Of a DNA stretch of 64,000 nucleotides, positions 9,400 through 19,125 are shown in pieces; the stretch's first letter is position 1; every line of letters begins with the position of its first letter. A model generated the notes under the pieces. The model was not told the origin of the DNA, made no database searches, and was given only the letters and a program-made list of their open reading frames with translations. The position numbers and the translations under genes were made by a program. The stretch is taken from NCBI GenBank assembly GCA_000431315.1, contig HF989717.1, positions 47,925-111,924 of the forward strand, written 5' to 3'. This stretch comes from Brachyspira sp. CAG:484. GTDB taxonomy: Bacteria > Cyanobacteriota > Vampirovibrionia > Gastranaerophilales > Gastranaerophilaceae.

Positions 9400-9741
9400 T
9401 TAACAGCCTTTCAAAATTCTTATTTCCTGACCTGCGGTTCCGGCATCAAGAGCATAGCCGTTTGCTATAGCTGAATCGGCAACCTTAACTGCTTTTCCTT
9501 CTGCATCAGATGCAACGGCATCTCCAACTGCGATTGTGCCTGCTGCTTCAACAAGCAGAATTCCTAAAACCGCAACAGGTGCATATTCACCTTTAGCTGT
9601 TGAAACATCTGAAACACCAAGAGCTTTAGCACCTGCGGCACAATAATTGCCGTCAAATCCGATAAATCTGTGCTGTTCCAAATCCGCAGCAGCAAGTGCA
9701 GAATCAATTAACAGAGGTTTGTAAGTTTTATTTGTTGTCAT
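9400..9741 (-). CDS. DUF2190-like capsid decoration/cement protein
   Basis: Gly/Ala-rich ~114 aa (GILLVEAAGTIAVGDAVASDAEGKAV); start placed at internal Met with AAGGAGG RBS. Confidence 0.4.
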   Translation of the reverse strand: MTTNKTYKPLLIDSALAAADLEQHRFIGFDGNYCAAGAKALGVSDVSTAKGEYAPVAVLGILLVEAAGTIAVGDAVASDAEGKAVKVADSAIANGYALDAGTAGQEIRILKGC

Positions 9742-10102
9742 CAGAACCTCCTTTTTCATCTTCTTTTGATTCTTCTTCAACAGTTATGGTTTCAGACTCA
9801 GTTTCGGTTTTTGTTTCTGCTTTTGTCTGATTTTTAGCAGAGGTTTTATTTTCAGACTTCTTGTTCCCTGTTGATGCAGTTTTAGAAGTCTGAGTTTGTG
9901 CTTTAGATTTTGCAGGGGCTGACTGATTCGGCAGAAGTTCCACAAAATCTTCAAGACGTTTTGCTTGAGTGTCATCAAGTTCAATGGTTGAACCTTCTTT
10001 ATACACTGTGCCGTTGTGCATAATTGAGGTATGCTTAACTTTGTACTTCAGTAGTGTCATTCGTACCTCCATTATCTTTTTTAGGGTCGTAATTCGGGTC
10101 AT
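9728..10102 (-). CDS. hypothetical phage protein with Lys/Thr/Glu-rich tail
   Basis: ORF downstream of capsid gene; low-complexity C-terminus. Confidence 0.3.
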   Translation of the reverse strand: MTRITTLKKIMEVRMTLLKYKVKHTSIMHNGTVYKEGSTIELDDTQAKRLEDFVELLPNQSAPAKSKAQTQTSKTASTGNKKSENKTSAKNQTKAETKTETESETITVEEESKEDEKGGSDDNK

Positions 10103-11015
10103 TTACCCCTGAAATTAAGTATCCGGCTTCAGCACCGACTAAAAACGGTGTATAAATATCGGTAGCCCTGATATACTTAACTTTGTTGCCCTCTTTTTGA
10201 TATTCATCAATTTGCAGGGCATCTTTTTTGCGGACAGTGTATCCGTAAGAGGGGTCGTATTCCGTTCTTGAATTACCAAGATTCGGGACGTAAGCAAGGA
10301 CAATGTTGTCCTGCCAAATTCTGACAAAATTTCCGTCTTTATCCGCAAAGATTGATTTTCCGATGAGAATGTTTTCAATCTCAAAAATTTCTTTTAATAA
10401 ATTAATTGTTACTAATTTATTGAGATTGTCGGAAATTAAACCTTTAAGCTGAGGGTGTTTTTTGAGGGTTTTCCAAGCTGCTTGCCCTATAATCATAGTG
10501 TTCGGGTCTTGAGCAATTTTAGAAGAGACTGCATCTTTGGCATCATCGATTACCCCTTGAGGGTCAGAGGATGACCAGTTAAAGCACGAGGTGCCGGATA
10601 GAGCAATTTTATTTCCTGTCGGATACTTTGTCGGATCTTGTGCTAAATCCGCACACTGTTTTTCAAGTTTCAACTTCAAACCTTCCGTTACAACATTAGT
10701 TGCGTGAAGTTGTAATTTGACTTTTTCTGCTTCCTGTTCTTCACGATAATCAATCGGGTAAGATAGGTCGTGTTCAGTGAGGGTAGTTGTATGTTTTTTG
10801 AAACCTTGCGGCGATATGACATTTGAATTCGCTCTTATTGCACGTTCGGTATCGTAGAGATTGAACGCTTCCTTGTTGAATTCAAATATGTCGATTTTTT
10901 CTTTCTCAGAAGTAATTTCAGGGAACAGATGCTGAGCCACAAAGGCATTATTACTGTAACCACGAGCGACTTCTGAGAGATACGCATTTATGCGTAATTC
11001 TTCAAGTCTTCCCAT
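10035..11015 (-). CDS. major capsid protein (Mu gpT-like)
   Basis: ~320 aa, follows protease/scaffold gene, precedes decoration and connector genes; synteny-based. Confidence 0.5.
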   Translation of the reverse strand: MGRLEELRINAYLSEVARGYSNNAFVAQHLFPEITSEKEKIDIFEFNKEAFNLYDTERAIRANSNVISPQGFKKHTTTLTEHDLSYPIDYREEQEAEKVKLQLHATNVVTEGLKLKLEKQCADLAQDPTKYPTGNKIALSGTSCFNWSSSDPQGVIDDAKDAVSSKIAQDPNTMIIGQAAWKTLKKHPQLKGLISDNLNKLVTINLLKEIFEIENILIGKSIFADKDGNFVRIWQDNIVLAYVPNLGNSRTEYDPSYGYTVRKKDALQIDEYQKEGNKVKYIRATDIYTPFLVGAEAGYLISGVNDPNYDPKKDNGGTNDTTEVQS

Positions 11016-11047
11016 TTAAACTCCTTTTATATCAATGTTTCGGGGTA

Positions 11048-12070
11048 TTACTTATTTAATTTGAGCAGTGCATCTTTAAATGAGATGTTTTCTTTTGTTG
11101 CAAGAGCCTTAGCCTCTTTGAATACCTCAAGGCTTTCCTCATCTGCGTTTGCAAATTTTTCCACATCTTCATTTGTTTGGTCGGTTTGCTTTTCCTTAGT
11201 GGCAAACTCACCGTATTTTATTTGATTCGGCAAGGACTCAATAAAAGATTTGAAGTCGAGAACGACTGTTGAATCCTCGCCGAATTTTTTGACATTATCT
11301 AACTCCTGAAGAACGGATAAGACAATATTTTTGTTTGCAGGGACTAACGTTCCTTTTTCAATTTGTTTGTCGATGAATTCTTCAAATTCTTTTTTCTTCA
11401 AAGAAGTTTTAATGTCATTCAATTCTTTTTCGATTTCTTCCTTACCCTGAGCTTTTTCTTTAAAAGTTGCGACTTCATCGGATAAGGCAGAAATTTTTTC
11501 TTTTAAGGATTTGATTGTTTCAAGTTTTTTGTTTGATTCCTTGAATGTTGCAAGCTGATTTTCAAGCTCTGCAACCTGATTTTTCAAATCTTCAATTTCC
11601 TGTTCGGAAAATTGTTCCGGCTCATCTTCAGCATTGAATTCAAAAGTATCAGCTTCTGATTCCATAAATTTGATAGGTTCCAAACCTTTAACCTGCGGAA
11701 TTGCAGCTCCGAGGAATGAAACGGCTTTAAGGTATGCACCTTTGCCTTCAAGATTTCTGTATAATTCAACAGAAACTTTTTTGTATTTGCCGTCATTAAC
11801 GTCTTTTTCAAACTCTTCCGGCACTTCTTTAAAACTCACTTTGAGTTTATCGCCATCGGCTTTTACGGTATCAACCCAGCCGTAAGCGGGTCCTGATTGC
11901 TGATGATCGATTGTAATCGGGGCTTCGCAAAATTGCGGATCATAGTTTTTTGCAATCTGTGCGATTTCTTTTTTTGTAAACTTTCCTTGGGGGTAAGTTC
12001 CGGCTTTAAAAACTTCGTAAAATTTCATTTTTTCTAACCTTCTTTGTATATCTTTGTAGGATTTCCCCAT
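11048..12070 (-). CDS. prohead protease/scaffold protein (Mu gpI-like)
   Basis: N-terminal domain plus long C-terminal coiled coil (ELENQLATFKESNKKLETIKSLKEK...) typical of scaffold; first gene of the head block. Confidence 0.45.
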   Translation of the reverse strand: MGKSYKDIQRRLEKMKFYEVFKAGTYPQGKFTKKEIAQIAKNYDPQFCEAPITIDHQQSGPAYGWVDTVKADGDKLKVSFKEVPEEFEKDVNDGKYKKVSVELYRNLEGKGAYLKAVSFLGAAIPQVKGLEPIKFMESEADTFEFNAEDEPEQFSEQEIEDLKNQVAELENQLATFKESNKKLETIKSLKEKISALSDEVATFKEKAQGKEEIEKELNDIKTSLKKKEFEEFIDKQIEKGTLVPANKNIVLSVLQELDNVKKFGEDSTVVLDFKSFIESLPNQIKYGEFATKEKQTDQTNEDVEKFANADEESLEVFKEAKALATKENISFKDALLKLNK

Positions 12071-12286
12071 TTTTTAGTTGGGGCTTATATCTCCAAATTA
12101 AACTTTTTGCACCTCAAAAGGTGTCCTTTTAAAAAACTGTATATTCGGAGTATAAACGTTGTGGCTTAACGGTTTCAAAGGCATAATGACAGCAATTTTT
12201 ACATGTAAAAGTTCACTAAAAAATTCAATGTACTAAACACCTTGAAAAACTCTCCTTATAAGATTTAGACTGCAATATATGAATTA

Positions 12287-12317
12287 AAAAAAAAAGGACA
12301 CCTGTCCTTTTCTTTCG
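12287..12317. terminator. bidirectional rho-independent terminator between divergent gene blocks
   Basis: A10-AGGACAcctGTCCT-TTTCTTTC hairpin flanked by A-run and T-run. Confidence 0.5.
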
Positions 12318-12347
12318 TTTCATCCTGTTAATAAATAGAGGAGTATT

Positions 12348-12593
12348 ATGGATTTTATTACTCAAATTTCCCCGTTAATAGAAAACATTGGTTTTCCTGC
12401 ACTGGTGTTTGCCATCTGGTATATTTACCACCAATCACAGGTAAAAGCATTTGAAACAATTATTCAGGACAACTTTGAAATCTTAAAAGACCTGTTGGAA
12501 ACAAATCAATACCACGCAGCACTTCTTTCAAGAATCGAAAGTAAAATCGACAACAACCTCTGGTGTCCGATTTTAAAAAAGGAGGTTCATTAG
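12348..12593 (+). CDS. small membrane protein (holin candidate)
   Basis: 81 aa, one hydrophobic segment GFPALVFAIWYIY; first gene of plus-strand block with AGAGGAG RBS. Confidence 0.3.
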   Translation: MDFITQISPLIENIGFPALVFAIWYIYHQSQVKAFETIIQDNFEILKDLLETNQYHAALLSRIESKIDNNLWCPILKKEVH

Positions 12594-12839
12594 ATGAATC
12601 CTGAAAGATTGCAATTAAAAGGAATGCTTGCCGAAAGCAAAAAAAACTTCCGTACTTTAGATACGGAAGCTTCAGGACTTGTTATATTAATTCGTGCTCT
12701 TTTAAATCCATACGAGGATATTAAAAATCTTGATATGGATAAAGTATTTGTTTCTGTAAAAAGACTCAAAGAAATAACGGAAGAAATGCAAACTCTCAAC
12801 GAAAAAATAAAAAAATTGGAGTCTGAATTTGAACAGTAA
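12594..12839 (+). CDS. hypothetical coiled-coil protein
   Basis: ORF with RBS; no motif. Confidence 0.3.
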   Translation: MNPERLQLKGMLAESKKNFRTLDTEASGLVILIRALLNPYEDIKNLDMDKVFVSVKRLKEITEEMQTLNEKIKKLESEFEQ

Positions 12840-13263
12840 AAAACAAAGTTTATTATCCGAAGCAGAACGGCTTTTTATATATGAGTATTTACCTGCCGCT
12901 GTTATAGCACGCCGACTTAATCTAAACCGAAAAACAGTAAATACCTGGAGAGCCCAGTATGAATGGGATAAAAAGCGTGCGGCATTTTTAAAATCCAAAA
13001 TGTCATTTCATGAAGAATTATACGAATTTGCCAGAAAAATTATGCATGAAATTTCAGAAGAAATGGATGCCGGAGAAAAAGTAGATCCAGCAAGAATGAA
13101 TGCTTTGTGCAGATTTATCCCATTATTCACAACCTCCAAAAAGTATGAGGACACTATAAAGAAAAAAGAGAAAGAAAGCCCCAAAGGCTTAACCCCTGAA
13201 CTTATTTCTCAAATTGAAGAAGAAATTCTCGGAATAAAACAACCAGATGCCGACCAAGAATAA
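12829..13263 (+). CDS. putative terminase small subunit (HTH DNA-binding)
   Basis: Immediately upstream of and overlapping terminase large subunit; N-terminal HTH-like segment. Confidence 0.4.
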   Translation: MNSKKQSLLSEAERLFIYEYLPAAVIARRLNLNRKTVNTWRAQYEWDKKRAAFLKSKMSFHEELYEFARKIMHEISEEMDAGEKVDPARMNALCRFIPLFTTSKKYEDTIKKKEKESPKGLTPELISQIEEEILGIKQPDADQE

Positions 13264-14599
13264 AACCCCGTTTTTTCTGCCATATCAATTAAGATGGCTG
13301 AACGATAATTCAAAAGTAAAAATATGGGAGAAATCCCGAAGAATTGGTGCAACTTATGTTCAAAGCTATGAGGACGTAAGGGATTGCGTCAAACGCACTG
13401 TTCCTGCTGTGTGGTTTTCATCAGCCGATGAATCTGCCGCTCGTGAGTACATTGACTATTGCAAAATATGGGCGAATTTATTTAATGTTGCCGCAAAAGA
13501 CCTGGGCGAACAGGTCTTGGATAAAGAAAAAGATGTAAAAGCCTACGTTATAGCTTTTTCAAACGGCACAAAAATTCACGCATTATCTTCAAACCCTAAA
13601 GGTTTTCGTTCCAAGGGTGGAAAAGTTGTACTTGATGAATTCGCATTTCACAACAACCCTGCTGAACTTTGGAAAGCGGCACGACCTTGTATTACGTGGG
13701 GATATCCTTTAAGGATTCTTTCAACTCATAACGGTCAAAGCTGTCTTTATTACAGATTCTTGGATCAGGTTGAAAAAGGAAAATTAAACTGGTCGCATCA
13801 CAAAACCCCGATTCAGCTTGCAGTAGATGAAGGCTTGATAGATAAAATCTACGGCAGACCGACAACGCAAGCAGAACGTGAGGAGTGGCTGAATGAAGAG
13901 CGAAAAAACTGCTTTGACGATTACACGTGGTTACAAGAATATTGCTGTGTTGCGATTGATGAAGCGTGTGCATTTCTTCCCTATGATTTGATTTCGACTT
14001 GTGAGATGCCGGATGTTTTAAAATCCCTTGATGAGATAAAAGGCGATTTGTATGTCGGAATTGATATAGGGAGAAGAAAAGATTTAACCGTTATCTGGTG
14101 CTTGGAACGATTTGAAAATTCAAAATACACAAGAAAAGTTAAAGTCTTGGAAAAAACACCATTCCATATCCAGTACGAAATTATTTCAGAAATTCTGAGA
14201 CACCCGAAACTTCGCAGATGCTGTATTGATTCAACCGGTATTGGAATGCAGTTAGCAGAAACCGCTCAAAGAGATTTCGGAAAATACAGAGTTGAGGCTG
14301 TAATGTTCACGAATAAATCAAAAGAGGAGATGGCATTTAACCTGCGAACCAATTTTGAAGATAAGTCGGTGTTTATTCCCACAGACCACGATATTCGTGA
14401 AGATTTACACTCAATAAGAAGAGTTGCAACAAAAGCAGGAAATATCCGCTTTGATGCAGATACCGCAGAAGTCAACGGACACGCTGACAGGTTTTGGGCA
14501 TTAGCACTGGCGCTAATTGCCTGCTATGTGCCGTATTCGCCTGTAGAAATTGAAACAAGGAGAAGATATGAAACATTAAAGATGACTCAAAATTTTTAG
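13247..14599 (+). CDS. terminase large subunit
   Basis: 450 aa with ATPase motifs (VLDEFAFH Walker B-like) and C-terminal nuclease-like acidic residues; position after small subunit. Confidence 0.6.
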   Translation: MPTKNKTPFFLPYQLRWLNDNSKVKIWEKSRRIGATYVQSYEDVRDCVKRTVPAVWFSSADESAAREYIDYCKIWANLFNVAAKDLGEQVLDKEKDVKAYVIAFSNGTKIHALSSNPKGFRSKGGKVVLDEFAFHNNPAELWKAARPCITWGYPLRILSTHNGQSCLYYRFLDQVEKGKLNWSHHKTPIQLAVDEGLIDKIYGRPTTQAEREEWLNEERKNCFDDYTWLQEYCCVAIDEACAFLPYDLISTCEMPDVLKSLDEIKGDLYVGIDIGRRKDLTVIWCLERFENSKYTRKVKVLEKTPFHIQYEIISEILRHPKLRRCCIDSTGIGMQLAETAQRDFGKYRVEAVMFTNKSKEEMAFNLRTNFEDKSVFIPTDHDIREDLHSIRRVATKAGNIRFDADTAEVNGHADRFWALALALIACYVPYSPVEIETRRRYETLKMTQNF

Positions 14600-14741
14600 A
14601 ATCGATTTTAAGCCGTTTAAATTTACTCAGACGATAATTTATACCACCCCGAACCTAAAAATTTAATACAGACGTTTTTGAACACTTTTTGAACGGGGTC
14701 AGAAGATAATTTAAATACCAAAAATTTAGGAGACAAAAATT

Positions 14742-15071
14742 ATGCCAAAAGAATTAACATTACCATCCGGAAAAATTGCAATCATTGAAAAGGGCAAAGG
14801 CAAAGATTTATTGCAGGCTCAAATCAAGGCAAAGACTTCAGATGAAATTCCCTACGCTCTTATAGCTGAACTTGTTGAAATTGATGGGCAAAAGCTCGTC
14901 TATGAGGATATCCTTGAAATGGACTTAGAAGACGTTTTATCTCTTCAAGGTGAAATTTCGGGGAAGTTATCAGTGGGGAAAGCAAAAGAACTTCCGGAGA
15001 AACCGGAAGAAAAAACGGAGATAGTAACAGCTCTGACATCTGCTCTTACCTCCCCGACAGCCAAAGCATAA
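14742..15071 (+). CDS. tail assembly chaperone (P2 gpE-like)
   Basis: 109 aa directly upstream of tape measure; EDILEMDLEDVLSL resembles gpE family. Confidence 0.45.
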   Translation: MPKELTLPSGKIAIIEKGKGKDLLQAQIKAKTSDEIPYALIAELVEIDGQKLVYEDILEMDLEDVLSLQGEISGKLSVGKAKELPEKPEEKTEIVTALTSALTSPTAKA

Positions 15072-15198
15072 TACATTTATGCAAAACTACCGGGTGGCAG
15101 TATTCAGAAATATCCGAAATGCCAATCCCAACTTTAGCCTACTGGTGCAATCAGTCAATAAAATACACGAATAAACGTAACGAGGACTTTGAGGAACA

Positions 15199-17574
15199 AT
15201 GCTCGATACAATGATGAAAGTTTCATTAACTTTAGTCGCTTTCGACAAAATGTCGAGGGTTATTCGTGATGCTGTAAACAAATCCAATGATGAGTTTGAT
15301 AAACTTCAGCGAGAAATCAAAAACACCTCAGATTTGTTAGACAAACTCGGTCAGAATATGACAAAAGTCGGAGGTGCATTGACACTTGCAGGAGGTGGAC
15401 TTGCGTATAAACTTGGAATTACAGAGGCTATTCCTGAAGCATTCCAAATGGAACACAGATTAAGAGAACTCGGTAATGTTGGACAGTTATCCGCAAAACA
15501 GCTTGAGGATATGGATAAACGTCTTGCATCAATATCCCGTTATACAAACCAGATGCGGCCTGAAATCGCAGAAGGTTTGAATGTACTTGTTGCATCAGGT
15601 ATTGATCCGACAAAAGCCCTTGATTATATGAATGTTATCGGCAGAACCGCAACCGGTGAACAGGCAGCTATTGCAGATATTTCAAGAACGGCTTTTGCCG
15701 TAAGTGATAACTTAAAAGTTCCTATTGATGATTTGGGAAAATCAATGGATATTCTTGCAATGTCCGGCAAAGAGGGACGTTTTGAATTAAAGGATATGGC
15801 TGCGGCATTTCCGAGTTTAACAGCAGGTGCCGCTATGCTTGGAATGAAAGGGACGCCTGCCGTTGCATCTTTAGGTGCTGCCCTACAAGTTGCAATGAAA
15901 GGTGCCGGCGAGGCATCGGAAGCAGCAAATAACTTAGAAAACTTTATTCAAAAAGTCACATCTCCTCTTGCCGTAAAGAACTTTAAGGAAGTATTCGGAG
16001 TCAATCTCAAACAGGTTCTTTTAGATGCGGCCGCTCAAGGTCGTGATCCAATCTTAGAAGTAATCGAGATGATGAATGAACTCTCCGGCGGAGATGTATT
16101 TAAGGTCTCCGAAGTCTTTCAGGATAAACAGGTTTTGAATTTCATAAAACCTATGATGCAAAATCTTGATGAGTACAAAAGAATAAAAGCCTCTGCTCTT
16201 GGTGCAGAGGGTGTTGTTGATTCCGATTTTGAACACATGATGGAAACAACAAACGAGCAGTTCAAACTCTTAAAAATTAATATGAAAGAGCTTGTATTTC
16301 CTCATCTTCATAAGCCTATAGAGTTAATAAATAATCTCCTGACAAAAATAAATAATAATCCTTTACTTCAAAAAGGTTTGTTCGGGGCGATTATAGGAAC
16401 GATAGGGCTGGGAATTCTTTTAACTGTTCTCGGTACAGCAACAATAATCATCGGCAAATTTGTCGGAATGTATGGAACATTCCTCAAATATGCCAGAGAT
16501 TTAACACCTGTTTTAGTTCAAAACTCTCAAAAACTTATGCAATTTTTAGGGTTGAATTCTGCAACAAGCGGTGGTTTTATCGGAAATATTGCACAGCTTG
16601 ATAAAAATTTGCGTAACGGATTAATTAACGGGATAAAAACTCTGCCTGCAAATATTTCTAAATCATCCATTGCACTCAAAGATTGGACTGTCACATCAAT
16701 AAAAGCAATGCCGGCTAATTTTATAAACGGTTTAAAGGCGTTCAAAACAGGTTTTTTGAGTATTCCAAACCTGATTAAAAATGCAATAATCGCATTCAGA
16801 GCGTTTTCTGTTACTTTGCTTACATCTCCTCTCGGTTGGATTGCTCTTGCTATCGGAGTTGTCGCTCTTGTTATTTACAAATACTGGAAACCAATTTCAG
16901 GATTCTTTAAAGGTATGTGGCAAGGCTTAAAAGAAGGTTTACAGCCATTAATGCCGTTATTCCAAAGAATGGGAAAAGCACTCTCGCCTATTCTTGCACC
17001 TATAAAAGCCATTGTTGATTGGTTCAAAAAACTCATAAAACCTGTTGAAGATACAGGCGGAGCCGCTGAAAAAATGGGCGTTCGTTTTGGTAAAGCTATT
17101 GCTAATATAATAGTGAAGCTGGTTGAACTTGTCACAAAAGCATTTGAATTCGGAAGTAAAATCACGAGTATGCTTGCCGCAGGGATTATGTCAGGCATTG
17201 CGAAAGTAAAAGGCTGTATTTCTCAAGTTGCACAGGTTATAAGAGACCATCTGCCTCATTCCCCTGCAAAGACTGGGCCGCTTAAAGATTTGCACAAGGT
17301 AAAAATTGTGGAAACTATTGCATCAACATTAAAACCTCTGCCGTTAATGAATGCAATGAATAAGACCTTGGGTGTATTTTCAGGGGGCTTAAAAGCCAAC
17401 GTGAGAGGTCGCTCATCTGCACCGGCATCCATTGTTGTAACCTATAACCCTACAATCACAATTTCAGGTTCTGAATCAAAAGAAGAGTTTTTGAAGATGC
17501 TCAAAAAACACAAAGATGAAGTTGTGAACATTATTAAAAGGGAGTTTGAACGTAAGGAAAGGGTGGCTTATTAA
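15199..17574 (+). CDS. tail tape measure protein
   Basis: 791 aa, helical/Ala-Gly-rich, internal hydrophobic segments; TP901-type TMP core (GRTATGEQAAIADISRTAFA...). Confidence 0.75.
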   Translation: MLDTMMKVSLTLVAFDKMSRVIRDAVNKSNDEFDKLQREIKNTSDLLDKLGQNMTKVGGALTLAGGGLAYKLGITEAIPEAFQMEHRLRELGNVGQLSAKQLEDMDKRLASISRYTNQMRPEIAEGLNVLVASGIDPTKALDYMNVIGRTATGEQAAIADISRTAFAVSDNLKVPIDDLGKSMDILAMSGKEGRFELKDMAAAFPSLTAGAAMLGMKGTPAVASLGAALQVAMKGAGEASEAANNLENFIQKVTSPLAVKNFKEVFGVNLKQVLLDAAAQGRDPILEVIEMMNELSGGDVFKVSEVFQDKQVLNFIKPMMQNLDEYKRIKASALGAEGVVDSDFEHMMETTNEQFKLLKINMKELVFPHLHKPIELINNLLTKINNNPLLQKGLFGAIIGTIGLGILLTVLGTATIIIGKFVGMYGTFLKYARDLTPVLVQNSQKLMQFLGLNSATSGGFIGNIAQLDKNLRNGLINGIKTLPANISKSSIALKDWTVTSIKAMPANFINGLKAFKTGFLSIPNLIKNAIIAFRAFSVTLLTSPLGWIALAIGVVALVIYKYWKPISGFFKGMWQGLKEGLQPLMPLFQRMGKALSPILAPIKAIVDWFKKLIKPVEDTGGAAEKMGVRFGKAIANIIVKLVELVTKAFEFGSKITSMLAAGIMSGIAKVKGCISQVAQVIRDHLPHSPAKTGPLKDLHKVKIVETIASTLKPLPLMNAMNKTLGVFSGGLKANVRGRSSAPASIVVTYNPTITISGSESKEEFLKMLKKHKDEVVNIIKREFERKERVAY

Positions 17575-17576
17575 AT

Positions 17577-17996
17577 ATGTTCGCTCAACTTGGAGACATA
17601 AAATTTGAATTAATAACTTATTTCAACGGCTTAAATGAAACCGTATCCTACAATTACGCTCAGCACGACCGTATTGAAAATAAACCCATTCTGCAATTTT
17701 TAGGAAAAAATTTGCAAGAAGAAAATATAAAACTAAACTTCCATCGCAACTTCTGCGTGCCGGAAGATGAGATAAAAAATTTAAAAGATGTCGCAGATGC
17801 GGCAACCCCTTTGAAATTCATCAAAGGAAACGGTGAATATGTCGGTGTTTTCGTTATTGATGAAATCGGACAAACCACAGAACAAGCCTCACCGGAGGGA
17901 GATTTGATGTCGGTTCAGGTCGATGTCCGACTAAGAGAATACACCGGAAAAATTCCTGAAGATAAAAAAGAAAATAAAGGGTTCAAAAAGAAATGA
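17577..17996 (+). CDS. phage tail protein (P2 gpU-like)
   Basis: 139 aa after TMP; N-terminal LGDIKFEL... pattern of GpU family. Confidence 0.5.
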   Translation: MFAQLGDIKFELITYFNGLNETVSYNYAQHDRIENKPILQFLGKNLQEENIKLNFHRNFCVPEDEIKNLKDVADAATPLKFIKGNGEYVGVFVIDEIGQTTEQASPEGDLMSVQVDVRLREYTGKIPEDKKENKGFKKK

Positions 17997-18208
17997 CGGA
18001 ATATTACACCTATATCACTCGTGATGGCGACCGTTGGGATATGATTTCTCAGAAATATTACAGTAATCCGAATTTGTATGAGGAGATTATAAAAGCGAAC
18101 CCGGAAATCCCGATTGAACCTGTCTTGGATGCAGGAATAAAACTCAAAATACCAGTCCTTGAAGAATCAGAAACAATACAATTTGAACTACCCCCTTGGA
18201 AGAGATAA
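17993..18208 (+). CDS. phage tail protein X (LysM-like)
   Basis: 71 aa YTYITRDGDRWDMISQKYYSNPNLYEEIIKANPEI matches Phage_tail_X. Confidence 0.6.
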   Translation: MTEYYTYITRDGDRWDMISQKYYSNPNLYEEIIKANPEIPIEPVLDAGIKLKIPVLEESETIQFELPPWKR

Positions 18209-18277
18209 ACTTACCCCCATTTTGTACTTTGAAAATTAAATAATTACTGAATAGCTTATTTGTAGTATAATCTAGGC

Positions 18278-18973
18278 ATGATTAAAGAAGATGAATTGAA
18301 AAGATATGAGTCTACTTATAGTGCAGAAAGACTATCTTCTTTTGCTTATTCTGAATTTGATACTATTCAGGATGTTGTGACCAATTACAAGAACAACATA
18401 CAAATCTCACAGGCAATTTATCCTGAATTATGTACATTAGAAGTTATTTTAAGAAATTCTATTAACAATATTTTAAAAAAGTATATTTCTGAGACTTGGA
18501 TAGAAGATGAAATAAATAATAATGTGCTGCTTGATGCAAGTGAGTATAAAACATTGCTTAAAGCGTATAATGATACAAAAGATGAATGTATAACTGCCAC
18601 AAAAGTTTTTACAATAGGGAAAGTTGTTGCCAATCTTAATTTTGGATTTTGGACTAACTTATGTGTAAAAAAATATAATTCAAAAATCTGGAATAAACCA
18701 AAATGTTTTTATGGTGTATTTGTAAATTATCCCAATAAACACTCAATTAATTATATTGCTAAGAAACTATATACAATAAGAAGGTTCAGAAATCGGGTAT
18801 TTCATTATGAAAAAATATTTAAATATCCTAATAGAACTCTTAGTGTGTATAATGATATTCTTGAAATGCTTTCTTTTCTCACTGAGGATAAGTTAGAAAT
18901 ATTAAAACAGACATCTACGTTTTTAAATACATATAATTCATTAATGCAAAAAGCTGCTAACGAAAAAACCTAG
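18278..18973 (+). CDS. Abi-like abortive infection protein (Abi_2 / AbiD-AbiF family candidate)
   Basis: NFGFWTNL...IWNKP and IRRFRNRVFHYEKIF motifs resemble Abi_2 family; gene is much more AT-rich than neighbours and has its own flanking non-coding DNA. Confidence 0.5.
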   Translation: MIKEDELKRYESTYSAERLSSFAYSEFDTIQDVVTNYKNNIQISQAIYPELCTLEVILRNSINNILKKYISETWIEDEINNNVLLDASEYKTLLKAYNDTKDECITATKVFTIGKVVANLNFGFWTNLCVKKYNSKIWNKPKCFYGVFVNYPNKHSINYIAKKLYTIRRFRNRVFHYEKIFKYPNRTLSVYNDILEMLSFLTEDKLEILKQTSTFLNTYNSLMQKAANEKT

Positions 18974-19125
18974 GCTTCTATGCATAAATGCAGGGAGAAC
19001 TTCCTAGGTTGTACATTATTATTATTTACTATAATTCAGTTTTTGTCAAGTGTTCAGCCGATTTTTATTGCGAATTAATAAGTTTATTCAGTAATTATTT
19101 AATCCAATAATTGAAAGATTAAATA

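Noticed and set aside
15087-15287. Short antisense ORFs inside or between long genes (e.g. 15087-15287, 13692-13973, 16875-17198, 33806-33994, 38826-39128, 43474-43971, 51573-52040, 58506-58808)
   Set aside because: They overlap well-supported genes on the opposite strand, lack RBSs, and have low-complexity translations, so they are treated as spurious.
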